A DNA stretch of 64,000 bases from an uncultured Limnohabitans sp. (lineage in GTDB: Bacteria > Pseudomonadota > Gammaproteobacteria > Burkholderiales > Burkholderiaceae_C). A model generated the notes under the pieces. It was not told the DNA's origin. It did not search any database and was given only the letters and a program-made list of their open reading frames with translations. Below, in pieces: positions 38,041-48,344 of the stretch (its first letter is position 1; every line of letters begins with the position of its first letter). Where the stretch lies: positions 112,748 through 176,747 of the forward strand of contig CAUPNL010000002.1 of NCBI GenBank assembly GCA_963512655.1, written 5' to 3'. The position numbers were made by a program, and so were the translations under genes.

Positions 38041-39865
38041 CCATCACCTCACCTTCACGTCGTGGGTCAGCGCCGCTCCCCCACACGAATTTGTCATTTC
38101 TGTTTTGTTTGACCACGGCTTGCAAGCCGCTGGTCAATGCAAGTTCCCTCACCTCGTGGCCGCGCTCGCGCAAGGCCGCAAGGGTCGCAGGCGCAAAGCG
38201 TCCGCCTTCCAACACGAGTGGGCCGCCCACGCTGCCAAAGTTGGGTAACGCAATGGCTTGCTGCGGGCTCAGGCCCCAGTTCAACACGCCCACCAAAGTT
38301 TTGGCGGTGAAGTGAATGATCATCGCGCCGCCGGGGCTGCCCACACTCATCACCAACTGGCCCGTGGCTTTGTCAAACACCAAAGTGGGTGACATGGACG
38401 AACGCGGGCGTTTGTTGGGCTGCACACGGTTGGCCACAAGGCGGCCCTGCGCATCACGCGGGGCAAAGCTGAAATCGGTCAGCTCGTTGTTGAGCAAAAA
38501 ACCTTTCACCATTTGGCGCGAACCAAACGCATCTTCGATGGTGGTGGTCATGGCCAACGCGTTGCCGTAGCCATCGACGATGCTGATGTGTGAGGTACCG
38601 TACTCAGGCTGCTCCACCATGGGCGCAAAGCTGCTGCGTTGCGCACGCACGGGCACACCAGGCAAGGCTTGCGGCATGGCAGTGGGGCGAATGAGTTTGG
38701 CGCGCTCACCCAGATACGCAGGGGCCAGCAAACTTTGCCATTCGCCGCTGGGGGCCGGCGCAAAGTCGGGGTCGGCCACATACAAGGCACGGTCGGCAAA
38801 GGCCAAGCGCGAGGCTTCGGTGTACAGATGCAACCAACGCGGGTCAGGCGTGCCGTCCACGGCCTCAGTCGGGGGCGACATCAATGATGCGGGTGTGTGC
38901 TGCAACATGCCCAGTATTTGGCCAATGGCAATCGCGCCCGAACTGGGCGGTGGAAAACCACACACGCGGTAGACACGGCTCGCGGCAGCATGGTCAAAAC
39001 ACACAGGCGTGCGCTCTTTGGCTTGGTAGTTGGCCAAGTCGCTCAATGCCAAGCGTCCTGGATTGCTGGGGTGCTGCTGCACTTTGCGTACCACGGCCTC
39101 GGCCACCTCGCCACTGTAAAACGCTTGCACGCCCTCAGTGGCGATGCGTTGCAACACAGCGGCCAACTCTGGGTTGCGCAACACATGGCCGATCGCGTGC
39201 GGCTCGCCATTGGCTTGGTAGAAGTAAGCGCGGGCTGATGCGTCTAAACGCAAATACGCATCCGCCTTGAGCTGCGCGTGCAAACGCGGGCTGATGGCAA
39301 AACCTTGATTCGCAAGCGCAATGGCAGGCTCAAACAATTTGGCCCATGGCAGCTTGCCGTGTTGGGCATGCGCTTGCGCCAACATGCGCAACACGCCGGG
39401 TGTGCCCACCGAGCGACCGCCCACCACGGCTGCGTGAAACGCCAGTGGTTTGCCATCGGCATTGAGCAGCATGTCTTCGGTGGCTGCTGCGGGGGCAGTT
39501 TCACGGCCATCAAAGGCCTGCACTTTGGCATTTGCAGTTGCGCCATCACCCGCTGTGCTGTGCAGCAAAAATGCACCGCCACCCAGGCCACTGGATTGCG
39601 GCTCGACCAAGCCCAACACCATTTGCACGGCGATGGCGGCATCGACCGCCGAGCCGCCTGCTGTCAACATCTCAAAGCCTGCTTGTGTGGCCAAGGGGTT
39701 GGCCGCAGCCACTGCAAATTTTTGGGTGACGACATCGGCTTTGCGCGTGAACCCTGTGGCGATTTCGGGTTGCAGTGGTGTGTTGTTGTGGAGCTGCGTG
39801 GTGCACGCCCCCAACAACAACACCACCACCACAACGCAGCAGTGCGAACGAGTCGAAGTGCCCAT
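38033..39865 (-). CDS. ggt: Gamma-glutamyltransferase, probable lipoprotein
   Basis: AANPLAT..G, LVEPQSSGLGGG, DGRETAP, GTSHISIVD nucleophile Thr, KRPRSSMSP; lipobox LLGAC; start could be 39931. Confidence 0.94.
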   Translation of the reverse strand: MGTSTRSHCCVVVVVLLLGACTTQLHNNTPLQPEIATGFTRKADVVTQKFAVAAANPLATQAGFEMLTAGGSAVDAAIAVQMVLGLVEPQSSGLGGGAFLLHSTAGDGATANAKVQAFDGRETAPAAATEDMLLNADGKPLAFHAAVVGGRSVGTPGVLRMLAQAHAQHGKLPWAKLFEPAIALANQGFAISPRLHAQLKADAYLRLDASARAYFYQANGEPHAIGHVLRNPELAAVLQRIATEGVQAFYSGEVAEAVVRKVQQHPSNPGRLALSDLANYQAKERTPVCFDHAAASRVYRVCGFPPPSSGAIAIGQILGMLQHTPASLMSPPTEAVDGTPDPRWLHLYTEASRLAFADRALYVADPDFAPAPSGEWQSLLAPAYLGERAKLIRPTAMPQALPGVPVRAQRSSFAPMVEQPEYGTSHISIVDGYGNALAMTTTIEDAFGSRQMVKGFLLNNELTDFSFAPRDAQGRLVANRVQPNKRPRSSMSPTLVFDKATGQLVMSVGSPGGAMIIHFTAKTLVGVLNWGLSPQQAIALPNFGSVGGPLVLEGGRFAPATLAALRERGHEVRELALTSGLQAVVKQNRNDKFVWGSGADPRREGEVMGE

Positions 39866-39927
39866 GTCAAGAAAGAAACGCTTGCGAGATGATTCAGCCC
39901 GACATGCGTGAGGCACACGCTCATCCA

Positions 39928-41202
39928 TCATTTCTTAAATACTCTGTTGTGCAGCCGTCGCATCGACAGCCACACCAACAAGCCTACAAACGGCAAAGCG
40001 CAAGCGGCTGTCAGGTCAGGTGAGAACGGCCAACCCACCTTCTCGGCGCCCTTGGCCAAGTAGCTCACCAAGCCCGTGAAGTAATAGGTGATCGCCGCCA
40101 CGGACAAACCCTCCACCGTGGACTGCATTTTGAGTTGCAAGTCTTGGCGTTGGTTCATGGTGGTGAGCAAGGCTTGGCTGCTTTGTTGTTGCTCAAAGTC
40201 GACCCGTGTGCGTAACAAGTTACTCATGCGTGAGACGCGTTCAGACAATGCGTTTTGACGGCGCGAAGCCCAGTCACAGGTGCTGCGTGCGGGCGACAGG
40301 CGACGCTCCATGAATTCAGCAATGGTTTGCATGCCGGGCATGCGCGACTCGGCAATGTCACGGATGCGGCGATCGACCAGCTCAAAGTAAGCGCGCGTGG
40401 CCGAGAAGCGTGAATGGGTGGCAGCGTACTGCCCTTCGACCTCGCCCGCAAGACGCGTCAAACGGTCCAACAAGCCCGCTTCATCGGCACGCTTGGCATG
40501 GCGAATGGCATGGGCCAGTTCGGCCAATTCACGTTCGGCATCGGCCAACACATGCGAGGCTTCACGAGCGGCGGGCACGCCCAACAGGGCCGCCATGCGG
40601 TAGGTTTCAATCTCCAACAACTGCTGCACCAACCGGCCTTGACGGCGCGGCGTGAGCGAGCCGGTCAACAACACCATGCGCGAAAAACCATCGGGGTGCA
40701 ACTGAAAATCGGTGTACACCTCGCCGTGCCCTTCGGCCACGGTGGAGGCAACCAAGGTGTCCTCATGCAGCACCTTGGGCATGTCTGTGTGAATGTCCAA
40801 GGTAGACGACGGCACAAGCCACACATGCAAACGCGCCAAGCACTCACCAGGCAACTGGGTCAACCATTTTTGGGGGACAGCTTGCACAGCTGTCATGGGC
40901 TCTGACTGCGCAAACACATCCGAGCTCACAGGGCGCATGAAAGTCCATGACACAAACTCGGTGTGCAGCTCCCAACGTAGGCGAAACGAGCCCAGATCCA
41001 TGCGCACATGGTTGGTCTGCGCATCAGGCGCGGGTAAATGGTGATCGTGCAGCAACTGCGCCAAGTGGTCGCGACTCGCTTGCGCACTGGCACGGTCCAC
41101 CCACATGACCACGCGCGAAATCACCTGCGGTGCCTGCATGGGCTCTGGGGGACGTGCGTGCACTTCGTTGTGCAGGGCCAGTCGTTGGGGGTGGTCGATC
41201 AT
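39928..41202 (-). CDS. DUF3422-like membrane-anchored protein
   Basis: HPQRLALHNEVHARP, WELHTEF, GRLVQQLLEIETYRM, QSTVEGLSVAAITYY. Confidence 0.82.
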   Translation of the reverse strand: MIDHPQRLALHNEVHARPPEPMQAPQVISRVVMWVDRASAQASRDHLAQLLHDHHLPAPDAQTNHVRMDLGSFRLRWELHTEFVSWTFMRPVSSDVFAQSEPMTAVQAVPQKWLTQLPGECLARLHVWLVPSSTLDIHTDMPKVLHEDTLVASTVAEGHGEVYTDFQLHPDGFSRMVLLTGSLTPRRQGRLVQQLLEIETYRMAALLGVPAAREASHVLADAERELAELAHAIRHAKRADEAGLLDRLTRLAGEVEGQYAATHSRFSATRAYFELVDRRIRDIAESRMPGMQTIAEFMERRLSPARSTCDWASRRQNALSERVSRMSNLLRTRVDFEQQQSSQALLTTMNQRQDLQLKMQSTVEGLSVAAITYYFTGLVSYLAKGAEKVGWPFSPDLTAACALPFVGLLVWLSMRRLHNRVFKK

Positions 41203-41260
41203 TGATCACTTTCAAAAACGCATTGAACGGCCAATATAAACGAAGCTCAAGCTTGCCCCA

Positions 41261-41289
41261 ACGAAAAACGGCACCCGAAGGTGCCGTTT
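41261..41289 (-). terminator. Terminator of tctA
   Basis: Minus strand AAACGGCACC-TTCG-GGTGCCGTTT then TTCGT. Confidence 0.8.
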
Positions 41290-41313
41290 GAAGGTGAAAC
41301 AGTTTGAACTGAA

Positions 41314-42825
41314 TTACTCTTCCACGAAGGCTTCTTCGCGTTTGGACTTGATGGAGGGCAGCAGCACGATCACCAAGAGCAAGGCCGCCGCCGCCAACAA
41401 ACCAGCTGACAAGGGACGTGTACCGAACACAGTCCAGTCACCACGTGACAGCAACAAGGCGCGACGCAGGTTTTCTTCCATCATCGGCCCTAGGATGAAG
41501 CCGAGCAACAAAGGCGCAGGCTCTACACCTAACTTCATGAAGAGGTAACCAATCAAGCCAAAGCCAGCCACCATCCAGATGTCGAAGGTGTTGTTGTTGG
41601 TCGAGTACACACCGATCGCGCAGAACAGCACGATGGCAGGGAACAAGAAGCGGTAAGGCACTGACAACAACTTGATCCACATGCCGATCAAAGGCAAGTT
41701 CAAGATCACAAGCATCAAGTTACCAATCCACATCGAGGCAATCAGACCCCAGAACAACTCGGGGTTGCTGGTCATCACCTGTGGGCCGGGTTGGATGTTG
41801 TGAATGGTCATCGCACCCACCATCAAAGCCATCACGGCGTTGGGTGGAATACCCAAGGTGAGCAAGGGAATGAACGAGGTTTGTGCACCTGCGTTGTTGG
41901 CAGCTTCAGGCGCAGCCACACCGCGGATGTTGCCTTGACCGAAGGGCACTTCACCAGGTTGAAGTTTGGTTTTCTTTTCGATCGTGTAAGCGGCAAACGC
42001 AGCCAACAACGCACCGCCACCAGGCAACACACCGAGCATCGAACCCAAGGCAGTGCCACGAAGCACCGCAGGCATCATGTTCTTGAAGTCTTCCTTGGTG
42101 GGGAACAAACCTTCCACCTTGGCAGTGAACACTTCGCGGTCTTCTTCGGGGCGCGACAAGTTCGAGATGATCTCGCCGTAACCGAACACGCCCATCGCCA
42201 CCACCACGAAGCCCACACCGTCGGTGAGTTCGGGGATGTCAAAGCTGAAACGCGCTACGCCAGAGTTGACGTCGGTACCGATCAAGCCCATCAAAAGACC
42301 CAACACGATCATGGCAATCGCCTTGAGCAAGGAGCCCGAAGCCAACACCACCGCGCCGACCAAGCCCAAGATCATGAGCGAGAAATATTCGGCAGGGCCG
42401 AACTTGAACGCGAGTTCGGTCAAAGGAGGCGCGAAGGCAGCCAAGATCAACGTACCCACAGAACCGGCGAAGAACGAACCCAAACCAGCAGCCGCCAAAG
42501 CGGGGCCTGCACGGCCTTTGCGGGCCATTTGGTAGCCGTCAATGGTGGTCACCACCGACGACGATTCACCAGGCAAGTTCACCAAAATCGCGGTGGTCGA
42601 ACCACCGTATTGAGCACCGTAGTAAATACCGGCCAACATGATCAGCGCCGACACAGGGGGTAGCGCGTACGTGGCAGGCAACAACATGGCGATGGTCGCC
42701 ACTGGGCCGATGCCTGGCAACACGCCAATCAGCGTGCCCAAGATACAACCGACCAAGGCGTACATCAGGTTAACCGGCGTGAAGGCCACGCCAAAACCTA
42801 GTGAGAGGTTTGCAATCAAATCCAT
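41314..42825 (-). CDS. tctA: Tripartite tricarboxylate transporter large permease
   Basis: GVLPGIGP, YGAQYGGSTTAIL.NLPGE, PEAANNA, LTLGIPPN. Confidence 0.95.
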   Translation of the reverse strand: MDLIANLSLGFGVAFTPVNLMYALVGCILGTLIGVLPGIGPVATIAMLLPATYALPPVSALIMLAGIYYGAQYGGSTTAILVNLPGESSSVVTTIDGYQMARKGRAGPALAAAGLGSFFAGSVGTLILAAFAPPLTELAFKFGPAEYFSLMILGLVGAVVLASGSLLKAIAMIVLGLLMGLIGTDVNSGVARFSFDIPELTDGVGFVVVAMGVFGYGEIISNLSRPEEDREVFTAKVEGLFPTKEDFKNMMPAVLRGTALGSMLGVLPGGGALLAAFAAYTIEKKTKLQPGEVPFGQGNIRGVAAPEAANNAGAQTSFIPLLTLGIPPNAVMALMVGAMTIHNIQPGPQVMTSNPELFWGLIASMWIGNLMLVILNLPLIGMWIKLLSVPYRFLFPAIVLFCAIGVYSTNNNTFDIWMVAGFGLIGYLFMKLGVEPAPLLLGFILGPMMEENLRRALLLSRGDWTVFGTRPLSAGLLAAAALLLVIVLLPSIKSKREEAFVEE

Positions 42826-42842
42826 TTTTTATTTCTCCCGGC

Positions 42843-43328
42843 TCAACCAGTGATGAAGGTGGGCCATACAGGCATTTGCAATTTCAGCAGCACGATGAAG
42901 GCCAAGTAGCTACCAGCAGACAAGATGGTGGCCAAGATGAGGACATCTTTGAACACAAAGGTCTCACCGGCTTTACTGGCAATGATGACCAAGGCGTAGA
43001 TGGCGGCAATCAAGCCCATGGCAGGAATTCCAAAACTTGGCAAGCCTGCTAGCAAGATGCCAAACACCACGTTGGAACCCAAGATGTAAACAATGGGCTT
43101 CCACGCAAAAGCACCTACGGGCTCACCGTCTTCGGTGTGTTCCACCAACGAATAAAACGTGATGAATGCACCCAACACGGCCAAGAAAATGCCGAGTAAC
43201 AAGGGAAAGTAGCCAGGCCCCATGCGAGCGCCGGTACCGATGTTGTAGTTGGTTGCGCCCCAAGCGAAACCAGCACCGACCAATGTAAACATCAGGCCGG
43301 AGAAAAAGTCTTTTTGACTTTTGATCAT
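42843..43328 (-). CDS. tctB: Tripartite tricarboxylate transporter small permease
   Basis: GARMGPGYFP motif, 4 TM; GAGGAG SD before ATG 43328. Confidence 0.9.
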   Translation of the reverse strand: MIKSQKDFFSGLMFTLVGAGFAWGATNYNIGTGARMGPGYFPLLLGIFLAVLGAFITFYSLVEHTEDGEPVGAFAWKPIVYILGSNVVFGILLAGLPSFGIPAMGLIAAIYALVIIASKAGETFVFKDVLILATILSAGSYLAFIVLLKLQMPVWPTFITG

Positions 43329-43405
43329 TTCTTCTCCTCTATTCAAAAGCAAATATGCGATGAATTATGGAGTTGCAGAGGGGCCTAATCCGATGTGGGT
43401 TCCAC

Positions 43406-44206
43406 CTATTTTTGAAGAAGAAAAATCAGGGGTAAACCCTTGCCTAATAAGGCTTTGAGAGGCTTGAACACACGCAGCCACTTGGTCGCTGGCAGCGGCC
43501 AACGCGCCTGAATCGCCTCGGCACGTGCCATCAATTCGGCGCGTTTGGGGCTGCTAGGTGTGCGTTGCGCCAGCACCACCGTGTTGCCCTCGCGCGTGGG
43601 TTTGAAGGCCCACAGTGCATCGGCCCCAAATGCAGCCGCCATCTTCTCGACACTCTGCGCAAAGCTGGAACTGCGGCCAAATAGGTTGACCGTCATGCAG
43701 CCCTCATCCGTCAACAAGCTGCGGCAGTCGGCGTAAAACTCAGCGCTGTCGAGCACGGGCGACGCAGCTTCGTGGTCGTACAAGTCCACTTGCAAGGCAT
43801 CAATTTGTCCGCGCCAATGGTCGTGCTTGGCCACCTCAGCGGCGTCGCCCAACACCACGTGCAGCTTGGCGCTGTCGGCGGGCAACTTGAACCACAGGCG
43901 ACACGCAGCCACCACTTGCGGGTTCAACTCAATCGCCGTGGTTTTCATGCGCAAGTGCTTGAACGAAAACTTGGTGAGCGATGCAGCACCCAAACCCAGT
44001 TGCATGGCGTGCAGCTTGCCCACTTTGTCGATGTCCACAAACAAGAGCCACGCCATCATGCGTTGCACGTATTCAAGGTCGATGTCGAATGGCTTGTCGA
44101 TGTTCATCGAGCCTTGCACCCACGGCGTGCCGAGGTGCAGGTAGCGGGTGTCACCGTAGTCAGAGAAATTGACTTCGGGGAGTTGGATTTTTTTCTTAGT
44201 TGCCAT
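43406..44206 (-). CDS. Spermidine synthase-like SAM-dependent methyltransferase
   Basis: LEYVQRMM, QLGLGAASL, AIELNPQV, GDA, VDLYD. Confidence 0.85.
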   Translation of the reverse strand: MATKKKIQLPEVNFSDYGDTRYLHLGTPWVQGSMNIDKPFDIDLEYVQRMMAWLLFVDIDKVGKLHAMQLGLGAASLTKFSFKHLRMKTTAIELNPQVVAACRLWFKLPADSAKLHVVLGDAAEVAKHDHWRGQIDALQVDLYDHEAASPVLDSAEFYADCRSLLTDEGCMTVNLFGRSSSFAQSVEKMAAAFGADALWAFKPTREGNTVVLAQRTPSSPKRAELMARAEAIQARWPLPATKWLRVFKPLKALLGKGLPLIFLLQK

Positions 44207-44224
44207 TGTGTTGTTTATGTTTTT

Positions 44225-45934
44225 TTATCCAGCCATGCCTTCGACCACAAAGCGCACGCGCTTGTTGCCCTGCCATTCATCCGCCTCTAGGCGAAACGCC
44301 AGATGCGCCAGCGCGGGCAAAGGCTCGACACGGCCAAACCAAATGCCGTCTACGGGCTGGCCGTGGTGGCGTAGTTTGAGGGCCAAATGCTTTTCGCCCA
44401 CCAAGCGTTGGCCCAGCACCTCCACCTCTTCGCTGAACGTGGGTGGTGCAAAGCCTTGGCCCCACACTTCGCGAGCCAGTGTGTCGGCCAGCTCGGGGCG
44501 GCGGTATTCGGGCAGCAGTGGGCCATCGGTTTCTAAGCGGCGTTGCAAGGTGGCTTCGTCTAGCCACTCTTGTGCGACTTGTTGCAAGGCTTCTTCAAAG
44601 GTGGCGAGGTTGTCTTCTTCCAAAGTGCAACCCGCCGCCATGGCGTGACCGCCAAAGCGCAGCAACACGCCGGGGTGGCGTTTGGCCACGAGGTCCAACG
44701 CATCGCGCAAATGAAAGCCAGGGATAGATCGGCCCGAGCCTTTGAGCTCGTGCCCCTTGCCCGCGGCTTGACTGGGCGCAAACACAAACGTGGGGCGGTG
44801 GTGCAAGTCTTTGAGCTTGGCCGCCACGATGCCCACCACGCCTTCGTGAAAGTCGGGGTCGAACACACACAGGGCTGAGGGCGGCTCTTCTTCGGGGTCA
44901 AACATTTCTTGCGCCAGCTCTAAAGCTTGCTCGCGCATGTCGCCTTCAATCTCGCGACGCTCGCGGTTGATGCGGTCTAGCTGCGTGGCCAGCTCGGTGG
45001 CTCGGCCCACGTCATCGGTGGTGAGGCATTCAATACCCAGCGTCATGTCAGACAAACGACCGGCGGCATTGATGCGCGGCCCCACTGCAAAACCAAAATC
45101 TTGTGAGGTGCATTTCTCGCTGGTGCGGCCGGCCGCTGCAAACAACGCGGTCATGCCCGCAGGCATTTGACCTTTGCGCACACGCGCCAAACCTTGAGCC
45201 ACCAAACGGCGGTTGTTGGCGTCGAGCTTCACCACATCGGCCACGGTGCCCAGCGCAACAAGTGGCAACAAGGTGTCTAGTTTTGGCTGTTGTTCTGCCG
45301 TGAACACACCGCGCTTGCGCAGCTCCGCACGCAAAACGAGCAACACATAAAACATCACACCCACACCGGCGAGGGCTTTGCTTTCGAACGTGCAACCGGG
45401 TTGGTTGGGGTTCACGATCGCATCAGCCTCGGGCAAGACCGCCGCAGGCAAATGGTGGTCGGTGACGAGCACTTGCAAACCCAACTTACGAGCCGTGGCC
45501 ACGCCCTCGACACTGGCAATGCCGTTGTCCACGGTGATCAGCACATCTGCGCCGCTGGCTTTGACGCGCTCGGCAATCGGTGGCGTCAGGCCATAGCCAT
45601 CCACCACGCGGTCGGGCACGATGTAGCTCACGTTCTTCGCGCCCAGCAAACGCAAACCGCGCAGGGCCACGGCACATGCTGTGGCTCCATCGCAGTCGTA
45701 GTCGGCCACGATGCACAGTTTTTTATTGGCAGCCATCGCATCGGCCAGCAGCACGGCGGCGGCTTCAATGCCTTTCAAGCCAGAGGGCGGCAAGAGCTGC
45801 GCCAGCGACGCGTCGAGCGTGGCCGCATCTTGAATGCCGCGTGCGGCATACAGGCGCGCCAACAGCGGATGCACGCCCGCTTGCTCCAACGCCCAAATGC
45901 TGCGCGGTGGCATATCGCGTGGGATGAATTGCAT
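44225..45934 (-). CDS. recJ: Single-stranded-DNA-specific exonuclease
   Basis: DYDCDG, TVDNGI, TDHH, LGTVADVV, PRINAAGRL, KGSGRS, FGGHAMAAG. Confidence 0.97.
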   Translation of the reverse strand: MQFIPRDMPPRSIWALEQAGVHPLLARLYAARGIQDAATLDASLAQLLPPSGLKGIEAAAVLLADAMAANKKLCIVADYDCDGATACAVALRGLRLLGAKNVSYIVPDRVVDGYGLTPPIAERVKASGADVLITVDNGIASVEGVATARKLGLQVLVTDHHLPAAVLPEADAIVNPNQPGCTFESKALAGVGVMFYVLLVLRAELRKRGVFTAEQQPKLDTLLPLVALGTVADVVKLDANNRRLVAQGLARVRKGQMPAGMTALFAAAGRTSEKCTSQDFGFAVGPRINAAGRLSDMTLGIECLTTDDVGRATELATQLDRINRERREIEGDMREQALELAQEMFDPEEEPPSALCVFDPDFHEGVVGIVAAKLKDLHHRPTFVFAPSQAAGKGHELKGSGRSIPGFHLRDALDLVAKRHPGVLLRFGGHAMAAGCTLEEDNLATFEEALQQVAQEWLDEATLQRRLETDGPLLPEYRRPELADTLAREVWGQGFAPPTFSEEVEVLGQRLVGEKHLALKLRHHGQPVDGIWFGRVEPLPALAHLAFRLEADEWQGNKRVRFVVEGMAG

Positions 45935-45938
45935 GGGC

Positions 45939-46991
45939 TTAGTCTTTCAAAGGCGCAACGGCCAACACGGTGTCTAAAGAAGTAGGTGCAAAGCGCGTAC
46001 GCACGCGTTGCCACAGCGATGGCTTGACGCTGTCATGCACATGAAATTCATGCTCGCCGCACAACACCAAACGCTGCGGTTCGCCTGCGGCCACACGCGC
46101 CAGCATGGGTGCGATGACGTGGGCATCGACGTGTTGCCACGCGTCCAGCCAACCAATAAGGTCTTGCTGCAACGCGCTTTGACGCAGGGTGTGAATGACA
46201 GCGGGCTCTTGCTGTGCGAGCTTGTTCGCATTGATGGGCAACACGCCAGTGCCATGCACCCAAAACGAGTTGATGGTCAAGCTGCGGCCGTCATTGACGG
46301 GATGGGTGTAGAGCAACATTTGCATTTCGTTTTGTAAACGACGCAGCAGTTTGGCGGCAGGGCTGAGCGCATCGGCGGCCACATGGCTGCCCACCAACCA
46401 CGGGTCGATGTTGCGGCCAATCACACGGTCTACCGATGCAGTGGGCAAGTCAGCTAACAACGGCGACTGCGCCAGCCATTGGCCCGGCTTGTACGGGTGC
46501 AGGGCAATGCCGTCTTCTGCAAAGAAGCGATGCATGGCTTGGAACAAGGTGGCGTCTGTGGCTTCGTCAATTTGCAAATACGCGGGGTCGCCCAGCGTGA
46601 CTTGGCCATTGCTCACGTGCCAGTTGCACAGGGTGATGAAGGCCCAGCCGGATGGCGATGCGGTAGGCGCAACACTGGCGTGAGTGTCTTGTCCATCCAG
46701 CGCAGCCGCCGCTCGCGCAGCCCACGGCAAACACCCATCCTGCGTTGGCCACCCAGCGGCGATCGCCCAAGCGCGTTCATGCGGCGGCGACAAAGTGGCG
46801 AGCAATGGCTCTTGCACCTCATCTACTTGCACATCCACGCGTCGAGCCTGCGCCAGCCACGCACGCAAATTCGGCAGCTCAGCTTTGGCCAACACCGAGG
46901 CCTCGGGGCCGTGGGCAATCCACAGCGAGAAGGGAATCAGGGTTGTGTCGCGCGCGGCGTTGGGTGGCACAGAGGTCAGCACAGAAGTCAT
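45939..46991 (-). CDS. Conserved hypothetical, phosphoglycerate mutase-like / RpfE-type protein upstream of recJ
   Basis: TLSPPHE, LRRLQNEMQMLLY.HPVN..R..TINSFW motif; 4 nt from recJ; start approximate. Confidence 0.65.
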   Translation of the reverse strand: MTSVLTSVPPNAARDTTLIPFSLWIAHGPEASVLAKAELPNLRAWLAQARRVDVQVDEVQEPLLATLSPPHERAWAIAAGWPTQDGCLPWAARAAAALDGQDTHASVAPTASPSGWAFITLCNWHVSNGQVTLGDPAYLQIDEATDATLFQAMHRFFAEDGIALHPYKPGQWLAQSPLLADLPTASVDRVIGRNIDPWLVGSHVAADALSPAAKLLRRLQNEMQMLLYTHPVNDGRSLTINSFWVHGTGVLPINANKLAQQEPAVIHTLRQSALQQDLIGWLDAWQHVDAHVIAPMLARVAAGEPQRLVLCGEHEFHVHDSVKPSLWQRVRTRFAPTSLDTVLAVAPLKD

Positions 46992-47064
46992 AACCTCGAT
47001 TGTCCGTGATGCCGCCAACCGGTTTAAAAAGGCATGCTTTTCACTACGGGATAATCCAGCCCAC

Positions 47065-48336
47065 ATGCAAACCACTTCTTCCAAACTCCCCTACGAACTG
47101 CTGATTGGCTGGCGCTACACACGCGCTGGCAAAGTCGCAGGCCGCAACGGTTTTATTTCGTTCATCTCGGGCGTGTCTATGCTGGGCATTGCGCTGGGTG
47201 TGGCGGCGCTCATCATCGTGCTCAGTGTGATGAACGGTTTTCAAAAGGAAGTGCGCGACCGCATGCTGGCCGTGGTGTCACACATCGAACTGCTCGCTCC
47301 GGGTGGCGAAGGCTTTGCGGATGTGAATGCGCTCATCACCCAAGCCAAACAAAACACCGAAGTCGTGGCCGCAGCCCCCTTCGTGTCACAACAAGCCCTG
47401 ATGGCGCGTGGCGAAGACATGCGCGGCGCCATGGTGCGCGGCATTGACCCCGAGCCCGAAACACAGGTGAGCGACTTCACCCTACAAATCCCCCCCGAGG
47501 TGCGGGCCACCTTGCAACCCGGCAGCTTCAATGTGGTGCTCGGCGGCGAGCTGGCCATGGCGATGGGGGTGCGCGTGGGCGACCAAATTACCCTGATCGC
47601 GCCAGGCGGGCAGGTGACACCCGCAGGCGTAATGCCGCGCTTGAAGCAGTTGCACGTGTCTGGCATTTTTGATTCGGGCCATTACGAATACGACGCGTCT
47701 TTGGCGCTGCTCCACATTGACGACACACAACGCATCTTCCGCCTCGAAGCGCCCACCGGCGTGCGCCTGAAAATCAAAGACAGCCAGCAAGCCCGCAGCG
47801 TGGCCTATGACTTGGCCATGCAACTCGGACCCGACGTGATCGTGCGCGATTGGACGCGCCAAAACCGCACATGGTTTGCGGCGGTGCAAGTGGAAAAACG
47901 GATGATGTTCATCATCCTCACACTCATTGTGGCTGTGGCGGCTTTCAACCTCGTCACCACGCTGGTGATGACGGTGACCGACAAACGCGCGGACATCGCC
48001 ATCTTGCGCACACTGGGTGCGAGCCCCAAAAGCATCATGGCCATCTTTGTGGTGCAAGGCGCGACCGTAGGCGTGCTAGGCACATTGGGTGGTTTGCTGC
48101 TAGGCCTAAGTGTGGCCTTCAACATTGATGTCATCGTGCCTGCCATTGAAAACCTGTTGGGCGCCAGCTTCTTGCCACGCGACATCTACCTCATCAGCCG
48201 CATGCCCAGCGACCCGCAAGCGGGCGACATTTGGCCGATAGCCATCATCTCCTTAGTGCTGGCTTTCCTCGCCACCATCTATCCCAGTTGGCGCGCCAGC
48301 CGCGTCAACCCAGCTCAAGCCTTGCGCTACGAATGA
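47065..48336 (+). CDS. lolC: Lipoprotein-releasing ABC transporter permease LolC/LolE
   Basis: [55 protein letters not shown]. Confidence 0.94.
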   Translation: MQTTSSKLPYELLIGWRYTRAGKVAGRNGFISFISGVSMLGIALGVAALIIVLSVMNGFQKEVRDRMLAVVSHIELLAPGGEGFADVNALITQAKQNTEVVAAAPFVSQQALMARGEDMRGAMVRGIDPEPETQVSDFTLQIPPEVRATLQPGSFNVVLGGELAMAMGVRVGDQITLIAPGGQVTPAGVMPRLKQLHVSGIFDSGHYEYDASLALLHIDDTQRIFRLEAPTGVRLKIKDSQQARSVAYDLAMQLGPDVIVRDWTRQNRTWFAAVQVEKRMMFIILTLIVAVAAFNLVTTLVMTVTDKRADIAILRTLGASPKSIMAIFVVQGATVGVLGTLGGLLLGLSVAFNIDVIVPAIENLLGASFLPRDIYLISRMPSDPQAGDIWPIAIISLVLAFLATIYPSWRASRVNPAQALRYE

Positions 48337-48344
48337 GGCTTGCT

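Noticed and set aside
21838-41289. Two near-identical GGCACC-CGAA-GGTGCC hairpins as a REP family
   Set aside because: Both sit right after minus-strand stops with UUCG loops and U-tails; ordinary terminators explain them
41791-42663. Long alternative-frame ORFs (also 45290-45985, 62631-63677, 13659-14375, 7972-8679 and many others)
   Set aside because: Antisense shadows of well-supported genes, expected from GC-rich codon bias; no recognisable motifs
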